NCBI GenBank assembly: GCA_017511805.1
Contig: JAFWJA010000013.1
Location: 594-64,593, forward strand
Origin: Bacilli bacterium
Lineage (GTDB): Bacteria; Bacillota_I; Bacilli_A; RF39; UBA660
DNA length: 64,000 nt
Direction: 5' to 3'
Shown: one piece after another, positions 36,348-44,506 of the stretch
Position numbering within the stretch: position 1 is the stretch's first letter
Layout of the letters: each line of letters starts with the position of its first letter
The notes under the pieces: model-generated
What the model was told of the DNA's origin: nothing
Database searches by the model: none
The model's input: the letters and a program-made list of their open reading frames with translations, nothing else
Made by a program: the position numbers and the translations under genes

Positions 36348-36374
36348 AAAAACATATTTAATATGTTTTTTTTT
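36346..36374 (+). terminator. Rho-independent terminator after the 187-aa module gene
   Basis: Stem aacatat/atatgtt extended by A/T pairs, then a T-run of at least 8. Confidence 0.7.
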
Positions 36375-36416
36375 GTCTTATTTTATGGTATTATATAATA
36401 TATAATAGGTGATAAA

Positions 36417-37097
36417 ATGAATACAAAAAAGAATAATCGAAATAGATTTATATATGCCTTTTCTTTAATAGTAGTTTTAATACTTGTATCTATTATATAT
36501 GCATCTTTAGCAGTTAATATAGGTATTAAAATCAATAAAGAAAAAGCTTTAAATCCTGATACATCAACTCCTATAGATGTGGTTCCAATTCCAGAACCAG
36601 AACCAACTGGTACTAGAAAGAGAAGAGTTATACCAACACCAACACCAATTCCAGAACCAGATATACCTGTAATAGTTCCTGATGATATTAATTGGAAAAT
36701 AGAATTTGATAATTTAGTTGTTAAAAGTGGTTCAGTACAAGCTGTAACTGATGCTCATATATTATCTAGTAAAACTGATATAGCATATGAAATAATATTA
36801 ACAAAACCAGGTCAATATTATGCATTTAGTGTTGATATTAAAAATGAAGGTAATTTAGATGCTAAAGTATATGAGTCGGTTAAAACAGGATTATCTAGTA
36901 TGCAAACTAAATATTTAACATATGATGTTACATATAATGATGGAACACCTATATCTGTAGATGATGTGTTAGAAGCAGGAACTAGAAAAAAAATAAATGT
37001 AATTGTTAAGTTTAATGATGATGCTTCAGAAGATGATTTACCTGATTATAGTGAAACATTAAAATTAACTTATAAGATTACATATGTAGAGAAGTAG
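36417..37097 (+). CDS. Exported or anchored protein: signal anchor, Pro-rich linker, shared TasA-like module
   Basis: 226 aa. TM is FIYAFSLIVVLILVSIIYASL. The linker PIDVVPIPEPEPTGTRKRRVIPTPTPIPEPDIPVIVPDD lies within approx. 36546-36685. The module that follows aligns with the 187-aa protein and the giant N-terminus. Confidence 0.8.
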   Translation: MNTKKNNRNRFIYAFSLIVVLILVSIIYASLAVNIGIKINKEKALNPDTSTPIDVVPIPEPEPTGTRKRRVIPTPTPIPEPDIPVIVPDDINWKIEFDNLVVKSGSVQAVTDAHILSSKTDIAYEIILTKPGQYYAFSVDIKNEGNLDAKVYESVKTGLSSMQTKYLTYDVTYNDGTPISVDDVLEAGTRKKINVIVKFNDDASEDDLPDYSETLKLTYKITYVEK

Positions 37098-37105
37098 GTG
37101 ATAAT

Positions 37106-38272
37106 ATGGATATACATAAGAAAAATAGAGTTATTATTTCTAGTATGATATTTTATCTAATATTATTTTTCACTTTAATATTCCTTTTATTACCTAATTA
37201 TGCGACATTAATAAATGGTATATTTGTACTTGCTTTAACAGTATCATCATTTCTAATGTTTCATTATAAAAAACTAGAAGTGAATGAATATGAAAGTAAA
37301 ATAACTAGATTAGTATTTATATCTATACTGGTATTCTTTACAATTATATATTTATTAGGAATATTTACTGGTTATGGAAGAAGTGTATTTTCAGTTGATT
37401 TTATTTCAATAATGAAAAATGCATTTATTCCTTTAACAACTGTTATATTATTAGAGTTATTTAGATATATGTTTATATCTAATAATAAAGGTAATAAACA
37501 CGTAACTAGAGTAATAACAATATTAATAATATTTTTAGATATTGCAATTAATTTATATAGATTTGATTTAACTATATCTAATATATTTATATTTTTAACA
37601 GTAACTGTATTACCACTAGTATTTAAAAATATAATGCTTAGTTATATTACAAAGAATGTTAATTATGTTCCTTGTTTAATATATGTAATACCATTATGTT
37701 TATATAAATATATAGTATTATATAAACCATTACTAGGTAATTATTTGAGTTCTGTATTATTCATCGCATTACCTGCATTAATATATATTTATTCTTCAAG
37801 AATAATATCTAGTAAAATAGAAGGTAAAAAAGGAATGAGTGTTCTAAGAGTAGTTAGAATATTTGTATTAGATATACCTTTAATACTATGTTTTACTATA
37901 TTTATAGGTTTAATATCTGGTTACTTTAAATATCATCTAATTGGAGTAGAAAATAGTACTATTTCTTACATAAAAAGAGGAGATGCGATAATGATAGATA
38001 AATCTTATTCATATAGAAAATATGAAAAAGGTGATATTATTGCATATAAAGATGGTAAGAAAAATATAATTGCGACAGTATCTAGGGTAGAAAAAGATAA
38101 CTATAATAACATAAAAGTATATATTACAACTGTAATAAATACTGAATCAAAAGATACTTATAAATTAATTGAAGAAGATAATGTTCTAGGTAAATATGTT
38201 AACTTTAAAATTGATTATATTGCTAAACCAACTGTTTGGTTTAAAGAACATGTTACAGATAATTTAAATTAA
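37106..38272 (+). CDS. Paralog of 8685..9830: polytopic membrane domain plus a degenerate SipW-like domain (probable pseudo-peptidase)
   Basis: The N-terminal domain aligns (GIFTGYGRSVFSVDFISIMKNAF...LLELFRYMFISNNKGNK versus GLFTGYLSNAYSLNPISIFNNIF...MIELIRSNFINYNKGDK). In the C-terminal domain the His box VVHRII is replaced by ATVSRV, and the GDHN box is absent. Confidence 0.75.
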   Translation: MDIHKKNRVIISSMIFYLILFFTLIFLLLPNYATLINGIFVLALTVSSFLMFHYKKLEVNEYESKITRLVFISILVFFTIIYLLGIFTGYGRSVFSVDFISIMKNAFIPLTTVILLELFRYMFISNNKGNKHVTRVITILIIFLDIAINLYRFDLTISNIFIFLTVTVLPLVFKNIMLSYITKNVNYVPCLIYVIPLCLYKYIVLYKPLLGNYLSSVLFIALPALIYIYSSRIISSKIEGKKGMSVLRVVRIFVLDIPLILCFTIFIGLISGYFKYHLIGVENSTISYIKRGDAIMIDKSYSYRKYEKGDIIAYKDGKKNIIATVSRVEKDNYNNIKVYITTVINTESKDTYKLIEEDNVLGKYVNFKIDYIAKPTVWFKEHVTDNLN

Positions 38273-38275
38273 GTT

Positions 38276-38303
38276 AAAAAGGACTAACAAAGTTAGTCTT
38301 TTT
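38276..38303 (+). terminator. Rho-independent terminator closing the locus
   Basis: Stem gactaac/gttagtc with loop aaa, then a T-run. Confidence 0.65.
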
Positions 38304-38304
38304 A

Positions 38305-38313
38305 TGTTATAAT
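38305..38313 (+). promoter_or_regulatory. Extended -10 element (TGtTATAAT) for miaB
   Basis: tgttataat lies 22 nt upstream of the ATG at 38335. A GGAGG RBS sits at 38325-38329. Confidence 0.5.
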
Positions 38314-38334
38314 ACTTTCGTGTTGGAGGCGTTT

Positions 38335-39762
38335 ATGGAAAAGATAAAACCTTCTTATTCTAAAGCTAGAAGAAGAACTAAAGAAGAAGTTAAAATATTA
38401 ACTGATGCATATATAATGAATAATGAATTAAGTAAATTAGGTATAGGTAAAACATATCATATTATTACTTATGGATGTCAAGCTAATGTTAGAGATAGTG
38501 AAACTATTAAAGCAATATTAGAAGATATGTCATTTACTGAAACAGATGATATGGAAAAGGCTGACTTAATATTACTTAATACATGTGCTATTAGAGAAAA
38601 TGCTCATAACAAAGTATTTGGTATGATAGGTAGAGTTAAACATTTAAAAGAAAAAAGACCAGATATAATACTTGCTATTGGTGGATGTATGGCTCAAGAA
38701 GTATCTGTTGTTAATGAACTAGAAAGAAAGAAAAAGTACGTTGATGTAGTATTTGGTACTCATAATATACAAAACTTACCTAAATTAATTAGTGAAGCAA
38801 TGGATAAAAATGAACAAGTAATTGAAGTATTCTCAAAAGAAGGGGATATAGTAGAAAACTTACCTGTTAAAAGAGATAGTATGTATAAAGCATTTGTTAA
38901 TATCATGTATGGTTGTGATAAATTTTGTACATATTGTATAGTACCATTTACTAGAGGTAAACAAAGAAGTAGAAGAAAAGAAGATATATTAAAAGAAGTA
39001 GAAGATTTAGTTAAACTAGGTTATAAAGAAGTAACTCTTTTAGGACAAAATGTTAATGCTTATGGTAAAGATTTAGATGAGAGTATTACTATGGCTGAAC
39101 TTTTAGAAGAAGTATCTAAAACAGGTATTGAAAGAGTAAGATTTGTAACATCTCATCCGTGGGATTTTACTGATGATATGATTGATGTAATAGCAAAATA
39201 TGATAATGTTATGCCATATATACATTTACCTCTTCAATCTGGATCAGATAGAATATTAAAATTAATGGGTAGAAGATATAATAAAGAAAGCTATTTAGAA
39301 TTATTTCATAAGATTAAAGATAAAGTTAAGAACGTTACTATAACAACTGATATAATTGTAGGTTTCCCAGGTGAAACAGAAGAAGACTTTAAAGAAACAT
39401 TAGAGGTTGTTAATGAATGTAAATATGATGGTGCATATACATTTATATATTCACCAAGAGAAAATACACCAGCAGCGTCTATGAAAGATAATGTTTCTTT
39501 AAAAGAAAAAGAAGAAAGATTAGCTAGATTAAATGAACTTATTAATAAATACTATAAAGAAAGTAATGATAAGATGGTTAATCAAGTTGTACCAGTTCTT
39601 ATAGAAGGTGTTTCTGATAAAAATGAAACTATGTGCGCAGGTTATACTGATACTATGAAACTAGTTAATGTTAAATGTTCTAAAGATTATATAGGTAAAA
39701 TAGTAAATGTTAAAATTACTGAAGCTAAAACTTGGAGTTTAGATGGAGTACTAGATGAATAA
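38335..39762 (+). CDS. miaB: tRNA-2-methylthio-N6-dimethylallyladenosine synthase (radical SAM methylthiotransferase)
   Basis: N-terminal YGCQANVRDSE, the radical-SAM motif GCDKFCTYCIVPFTRG, and a C-terminal TRAM-like end. I moved the start from the tracked GTG (38320) to the ATG behind the GGAGG. Confidence 0.9.
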   Translation: MEKIKPSYSKARRRTKEEVKILTDAYIMNNELSKLGIGKTYHIITYGCQANVRDSETIKAILEDMSFTETDDMEKADLILLNTCAIRENAHNKVFGMIGRVKHLKEKRPDIILAIGGCMAQEVSVVNELERKKKYVDVVFGTHNIQNLPKLISEAMDKNEQVIEVFSKEGDIVENLPVKRDSMYKAFVNIMYGCDKFCTYCIVPFTRGKQRSRRKEDILKEVEDLVKLGYKEVTLLGQNVNAYGKDLDESITMAELLEEVSKTGIERVRFVTSHPWDFTDDMIDVIAKYDNVMPYIHLPLQSGSDRILKLMGRRYNKESYLELFHKIKDKVKNVTITTDIIVGFPGETEEDFKETLEVVNECKYDGAYTFIYSPRENTPAASMKDNVSLKEKEERLARLNELINKYYKESNDKMVNQVVPVLIEGVSDKNETMCAGYTDTMKLVNVKCSKDYIGKIVNVKITEAKTWSLDGVLDE

Positions 39763-40090
39763 TATTTTAGAAGATGTTCTAGAATTAAAAGAATTAATAC
39801 TAGAAACGGATGAATATAAGAATTATAAATCTAGTTTAAATAAAATAGAAAGTAATAACAAAGTTAATACTTTAATAAAAGATATAGTATCTAAACAAAA
39901 AGAAATAACTAATAAAGAATATAAAAAAGTAGACACAAGTCTACTTGAACAAGAACTAGATTCTTTATATGAAGAACTAAATAATATAAAAGAGTATAGT
40001 GATTATATAGAGAACTCTATATTATTAAATAATTTAATAACAAATATTCAAAATAGATTTGAAGAATACTTTAATAGTTTAGTTAGTTAA
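39755..40090 (+). CDS. YlbF/YmcA-family regulatory protein (RicA-like)
   Basis: 111-aa helical protein overlapping the miaB stop. In Bacillus subtilis ymcA directly follows ymcB (miaB). The call rests on synteny and size, not on a motif. Confidence 0.5.
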   Translation: MNNILEDVLELKELILETDEYKNYKSSLNKIESNNKVNTLIKDIVSKQKEITNKEYKKVDTSLLEQELDSLYEELNNIKEYSDYIENSILLNNLITNIQNRFEEYFNSLVS

Positions 40091-40127
40091 AAAAACAATT
40101 CAGATTATTTTTCTGAATTGTTTTTTT
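40089..40127. terminator. Bidirectional terminator
   Basis: A-run, stem caattcaga/tctgaattg, then a T-run, between convergent genes. Confidence 0.7.
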
Positions 40128-41106
40128 CTAATTTATTTAGATAATATATAACTATACCACCTAAAACAAACGCAACCATTAATCCACATACTTTTTCGGT
40201 AGTTAGATTTAATGTTCCTTCTAAGTTCATTGGTAATATTATTGCACTTGCTATTATAAATCCTAATATTAGACTCATAGTATTTCCTTTATGATTCTTT
40301 AATAACCTAGTTAATATCTTAGAACTTACTACAATACCAATTAAAACTCCTATTGCTAATATACCAAGTTTAATATATATATTAAAATCAAATTTAGTTA
40401 TATCAGCAACATATCCTCTAATTAAATCATATCTTCCTAATACAAGCATTACCATAGATCCAGATATACCAGGGAATATCATTGTAGCACCACCAACAAT
40501 ACCTAATCCAAATAATATTAACATATTCATAAACCCACTATCATCAGTTACTTTACTTATACCACCATGTAAGTTAAAGTATTCAAGTATGCCTATAATA
40601 GCAACTCCAACTAAGAAATAAAAAATATTAAATCTTTCGCCTTTCATTTCTTTATTATATATTAATGGAATACTAAATATAATTAATCCCATAAACCAGA
40701 ATATTGTTTCTGCTTCCATATGATCTAAAGTATATCCTAATATTTTAGCAAATACAACTAGACCAACTGCAACACCAATTAATACTTTTAATACAAATAT
40801 AATACTTTGTTTTCTAGTATCTGTTTTTCGTTTAAATATATCACTTATTGAATATGCTAACTTATCAAATAGACCAAATATAACCATCATTGTTCCACCA
40901 GATACACCAGGAATAATATTAGCTATACCAACAGCAATACCTCCAAAGAATGATCTTAATTCGAATCTTTTTTCTTTATTTCTCTTTTCTAATTTCTTTT
41001 TATTCTTTTCTTCTTTCTTTAATACTCTTAGTTTTTGTTTTTTTGCCTTAGAAAGATGTTTTTTCTTTTTTTTAGGTTCTTTTTCTTTTTTACCAAATAG
41101 TTTCAT
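40105..41106 (-). CDS. DUF368-family membrane protein (family recently linked to undecaprenyl-phosphate translocation) with a Lys-rich N-terminal extension
   Basis: Two copies of the PG[VI]SGG[TS]M motif (IIPGVSGGTMMVIFG and IFPGISGSMVMLVLG). The N-terminal approx. 50 aa are KKEKEPKKKKKHLSKAKKQKLRVLKKEEKNKKKLEKRNKEKR. The start was moved to the ATG behind the GGAGG (MKLFGKK). Confidence 0.75.
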   Translation of the reverse strand: MKLFGKKEKEPKKKKKHLSKAKKQKLRVLKKEEKNKKKLEKRNKEKRFELRSFFGGIAVGIANIIPGVSGGTMMVIFGLFDKLAYSISDIFKRKTDTRKQSIIFVLKVLIGVAVGLVVFAKILGYTLDHMEAETIFWFMGLIIFSIPLIYNKEMKGERFNIFYFLVGVAIIGILEYFNLHGGISKVTDDSGFMNMLILFGLGIVGGATMIFPGISGSMVMLVLGRYDLIRGYVADITKFDFNIYIKLGILAIGVLIGIVVSSKILTRLLKNHKGNTMSLILGFIIASAIILPMNLEGTLNLTTEKVCGLMVAFVLGGIVIYYLNKLEKNNSEK

Positions 41107-41141
41107 GTTCTTAACCTCCAATATAATTATATCATAAATCG

Positions 41142-41170
41142 TTGACTTTTAAACGAATTATTGATAAAAT
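41142..41170 (+). promoter_or_regulatory. Sigma-A-type promoter (TTGACT-17 nt-TAAAAT, with TG extension)
   Basis: ttgact at 41142-41147 and taaaat at 41165-41170, with tg at 41162-41163. Confidence 0.55.
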
Positions 41171-41202
41171 GATAACGAATTTAAAGAGAGAGGAGTGAAA
41201 AC

Positions 41203-41301
41203 ATGAAGATAAGATTTTTTGATATTTTAAATTTGTTTAAAGTTAGTAGTGAGATTAAGGAGAAAAATCGTTTTGTTTTTACTCCTGGTTTTGCTTGCTA
41301 A
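41203..41301 (+). CDS. Untracked 32-codon ORF (MKIRFFDILNLFKVSSEIKEKNRFVFTPGFAC) between a promoter and the ABC exporter gene; leader peptide or small exported peptide
   Basis: Strong RBS agagagaggag 7 nt upstream of the ATG. A hairpin (aactact...agtagtt) plus T-run lies directly after the stop, at approx. 41301-41326. Confidence 0.3.
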   Translation: MKIRFFDILNLFKVSSEIKEKNRFVFTPGFAC

Positions 41302-41346
41302 CTACTTTTAAAGTAGTTTTTTTAATGGAATAAAAGAGGTGATATT

Positions 41347-43101
41347 ATGAAAAAAAATAAAAAAGAAAAAAGAAATAAAGAATTAAAAAAGTTTAAAACC
41401 ATTTGGGATTTATTAAAAGAAGATAAAAAGAATTTAATTATTTCATCTATTTTATTAGTAATCGCATCACTTGCTACATTACCTACTGGATTTTTAAATG
41501 GTGCTGCTACTGAAAGTATTACTAAGATGGAATTAAATAAAGCAGTTATATATCTTATAATTTACTTTTTAATAGTAGTATTAATGGAGGGTGTTTTATA
41601 TAGCTCAGCTAGTGCAATGCTTCAAAAAGTAGAGTCAAGGTTAACTAGAAAATTAGGTTTTAATACATATATTAAAGCACTTGATTTACCTGCTAAAGCA
41701 TATGAAAAACTATCATCTGGTGAAGTAATTAATAGAATAACATCAGATGCTGATTCACTATCATTTGTTTTTGGTAGATTATTAGATACATTTACTCATA
41801 TTGTAGGTTCTATTCTTCTATTATTTTATATTTTCTTTATTTCACCAATAATTGGTTTAGAAATAGTATTAGTTGTTACTATATTAATATTTGTTATAAA
41901 AAAGTTTAATCCAATACTAATTAAGACACATAAAGAAAGAAGAAAAGAACAAGATAAATTCGCATCTCTTACTAATGAATCTATAAGAGGTATTAGAGAA
42001 TTAAAAACTCTTGGTATTAAAAATAATTTAATTACTGATATGAGAGATTTAATTAAAGATATATTAAAAACTAGTATTAAAGAAATTGATACTAGAAGGA
42101 AATATGATATTATTACTAGATTTATTAGAGTTATATTAGAAGTAGGTTGTTTTATAACATGTATCATATTACTTTATTATGGAAAAACAAGTCTAACTTT
42201 CTTTATAGCTATGACATACTATATTTATAGATATATGTATTTAATGGATGCGATAAATATGTTAACAACTGATTATCAAAAAGTATCAGTTGCGGTAGGA
42301 AGAGTTAATGAATTATTACAAAATGAATTATATCAAGATGAAAAATTTGGTGATAAAGAATTTGATTCTAAAGGTGTAATTGAATTTAAAAATGTTACAT
42401 TTGGTTATCCAAGAGAAAAGAATGTATTAGAGAATTTTAATCTTAAATTAGAACCAAATAAAAAGATTGCTATTGTTGGTAAATCTGGTCAAGGTAAATC
42501 AACATTATTTAATCTTTTAACAAGAGTATTTGATGTTAAAAAAGGATCTATTACATTAGATGGAGTTAATATAGAATCATTAACAGAAGATAGTTTAAGA
42601 AAGAATATTTCTATTATTAGACAAGAACCATTTGTATTTAATAGAACTATTAAAGAAAACTTTAAATTAATTAATCCTAAAATAAAAGTAGATGAAATAA
42701 GAGAGTATACAAAACTTGCTTACTTAGATGAATATATTATGTCTTTACCAAAGGGATATGATACTTTACTTGGTGAAGGTGGAGTAAACTTATCTGGTGG
42801 ACAAAAACAAAGACTTGCTATTGCTAGAACACTTGCTAAGAAGTCAAAAGTTATACTATTTGATGAAGCAACTTCAGCTCTAGATAATAGTTCTCAAAAC
42901 TACATAAAAAAGACAATAGATAATTTAGTTAAAGATCATACTGTTATAATAGTTGCGCATAGATTATCAACAATAATAGATGCTGATATTATATATGTAG
43001 TAGATAAGGGTAAAATCGCAGGTTCTGGTACTCATACAGAATTATTAAAAACAAATAAAATATATAAAAACTTATATGAAACCGAATCTTTAAATTCGTA
43101 A
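41347..43101 (+). CDS. ABC exporter, fused permease and ATPase (type I exporter, MsbA/MDR-like)
   Basis: Six-TM N-terminal half. Walker A GKSGQGKST, signature LSGGQKQRLAIAR and Walker B ILFDEATSALD. Confidence 0.9.
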   Translation: MKKNKKEKRNKELKKFKTIWDLLKEDKKNLIISSILLVIASLATLPTGFLNGAATESITKMELNKAVIYLIIYFLIVVLMEGVLYSSASAMLQKVESRLTRKLGFNTYIKALDLPAKAYEKLSSGEVINRITSDADSLSFVFGRLLDTFTHIVGSILLLFYIFFISPIIGLEIVLVVTILIFVIKKFNPILIKTHKERRKEQDKFASLTNESIRGIRELKTLGIKNNLITDMRDLIKDILKTSIKEIDTRRKYDIITRFIRVILEVGCFITCIILLYYGKTSLTFFIAMTYYIYRYMYLMDAINMLTTDYQKVSVAVGRVNELLQNELYQDEKFGDKEFDSKGVIEFKNVTFGYPREKNVLENFNLKLEPNKKIAIVGKSGQGKSTLFNLLTRVFDVKKGSITLDGVNIESLTEDSLRKNISIIRQEPFVFNRTIKENFKLINPKIKVDEIREYTKLAYLDEYIMSLPKGYDTLLGEGGVNLSGGQKQRLAIARTLAKKSKVILFDEATSALDNSSQNYIKKTIDNLVKDHTVIIVAHRLSTIIDADIIYVVDKGKIAGSGTHTELLKTNKIYKNLYETESLNS

Positions 43102-43129
43102 AGATAGTAAAATTTTACTATCTTTTTTT
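43102..43129 (+). terminator. Rho-independent terminator
   Basis: Palindrome agatagtaaaa/ttttactatct followed by a T-run. Confidence 0.65.
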
Positions 43130-43168
43130 CATTCTTTTGTGTTATTATAATTAAGAGGAGGAGTATCA

Positions 43169-43597
43169 ATGAAAAAAATTGACAATGATAAGGTAAAAGA
43201 AAAGAGTAAAGGTTTCATTGAAGAATTTAAAGCATTCGTTTTAAGAGGAAACGTAATGGATATGGCAATAGGTGTCATTATAGGTACTGCATTTGCAGCT
43301 ATTGTAACAGCTTTAACAGAAGATTTTATTAATCCATTAATTGATTCTATAGGTGGAGCTGAAGTTCAAGGAAAGATTGCTATCTGGGGTGGTCAATCGC
43401 TTAACTGGGGACATTTTGTAACAGCTATTATTAACTTCTTAATAATGGCACTAATATTATTCTTAATGCTTAAAGGTGTTAATAAACTAGTATCTAAGAG
43501 AAAGAAGAATGAAGAAGTTGCAGCTCCTGTTAAATCAGATGAAACTATTCTTTTAGAAGAAATAAGAGATTTATTAAAAAAACAAAATAAGAAGTAG
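43169..43597 (+). CDS. mscL: Large-conductance mechanosensitive channel
   Basis: FKAFVLRGNVMDMAIGVIIGTAFAAIV...FINPLI; two TM segments; 142 aa. Confidence 0.9.
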   Translation: MKKIDNDKVKEKSKGFIEEFKAFVLRGNVMDMAIGVIIGTAFAAIVTALTEDFINPLIDSIGGAEVQGKIAIWGGQSLNWGHFVTAIINFLIMALILFLMLKGVNKLVSKRKKNEEVAAPVKSDETILLEEIRDLLKKQNKK

Positions 43598-43611
43598 GAA
43601 GGAATAAAAAT

Positions 43612-44505
43612 ATGGCAGATATGTTAGTTGCTAGAGATATTGTAAAAATCTATGGCAAAAGAACTGTATTAAAAAAAGTAAACATGAATATCCAAAAAGG
43701 TGATATTTATGGTTTTATAGGTAAAAATGGTGCTGGTAAAACTACTTTCATGAGAGTTATTTTATCACTTACTTATCCACAATCTGGAGATGTAAAATTA
43801 TTTGGTGATAAAACACTTCAAGAAGTAGGTTTAAAAGTTGGATCATTAATAGAAGCACCAGGTATTTATAAGAATTTAACTGGAGAAGAAAACTTAAGAA
43901 GATTTTCTATTCTATATGGAGCAGATCCAGATAAAGCACCAGAATTATTAAAATTAGTAGGTTTAAATAATACTGGTAAAAAGAAAGTAAAAGATTATTC
44001 TTTAGGAATGAGACAAAGACTTGGAATAGCTATTGCTTTAATAGGTGATCCAGAATTATTACTTCTAGATGAACCAATTAATGGTTTAGATCCAGAAGGT
44101 ATTAAAGAAATAAGAGATTTAATTCTTAAATTAAATGAAGAAAAAGGTATCACATTCTTAATTTCATCTCACTTATTAGATGAACTTGGTAAAGTTGTTA
44201 CTAAGTATGGAATAATAAATGATGGTGAAATGCTAGAAGAAATAGATGCTGAAGAATTAAGAGAAAAATGTAAACAAAAATTAACTATTGAAGTAGATGA
44301 TTTAGCTAAAGCTATGTCTATAGCTGCGAAAATAGTTAAGGAAGAAAATCTATCTGGTAATAAACATATTATGACTGTTGAAGGTGAAGTATCTAAAGCT
44401 GCTGAGCTTAATACTGCACTTGTAAAAGGCGGAGTAGCTGTTAAAGCTATCTATCCTAATTCAGATACTTTAGAAGAATACTTTATGAAAAGGATAGGTG
44501 AGTAA
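43612..44505 (+). CDS. ABC transporter ATP-binding protein (ABC-2 type)
   Basis: Walker A GKNGAGKTT, signature YSLGMRQRLGIA and Walker B LLLLDEPINGLD. Confidence 0.9.
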   Translation: MADMLVARDIVKIYGKRTVLKKVNMNIQKGDIYGFIGKNGAGKTTFMRVILSLTYPQSGDVKLFGDKTLQEVGLKVGSLIEAPGIYKNLTGEENLRRFSILYGADPDKAPELLKLVGLNNTGKKKVKDYSLGMRQRLGIAIALIGDPELLLLDEPINGLDPEGIKEIRDLILKLNEEKGITFLISSHLLDELGKVVTKYGIINDGEMLEEIDAEELREKCKQKLTIEVDDLAKAMSIAAKIVKEENLSGNKHIMTVEGEVSKAAELNTALVKGGVAVKAIYPNSDTLEEYFMKRIGE

Positions 44506-44506
44506 T

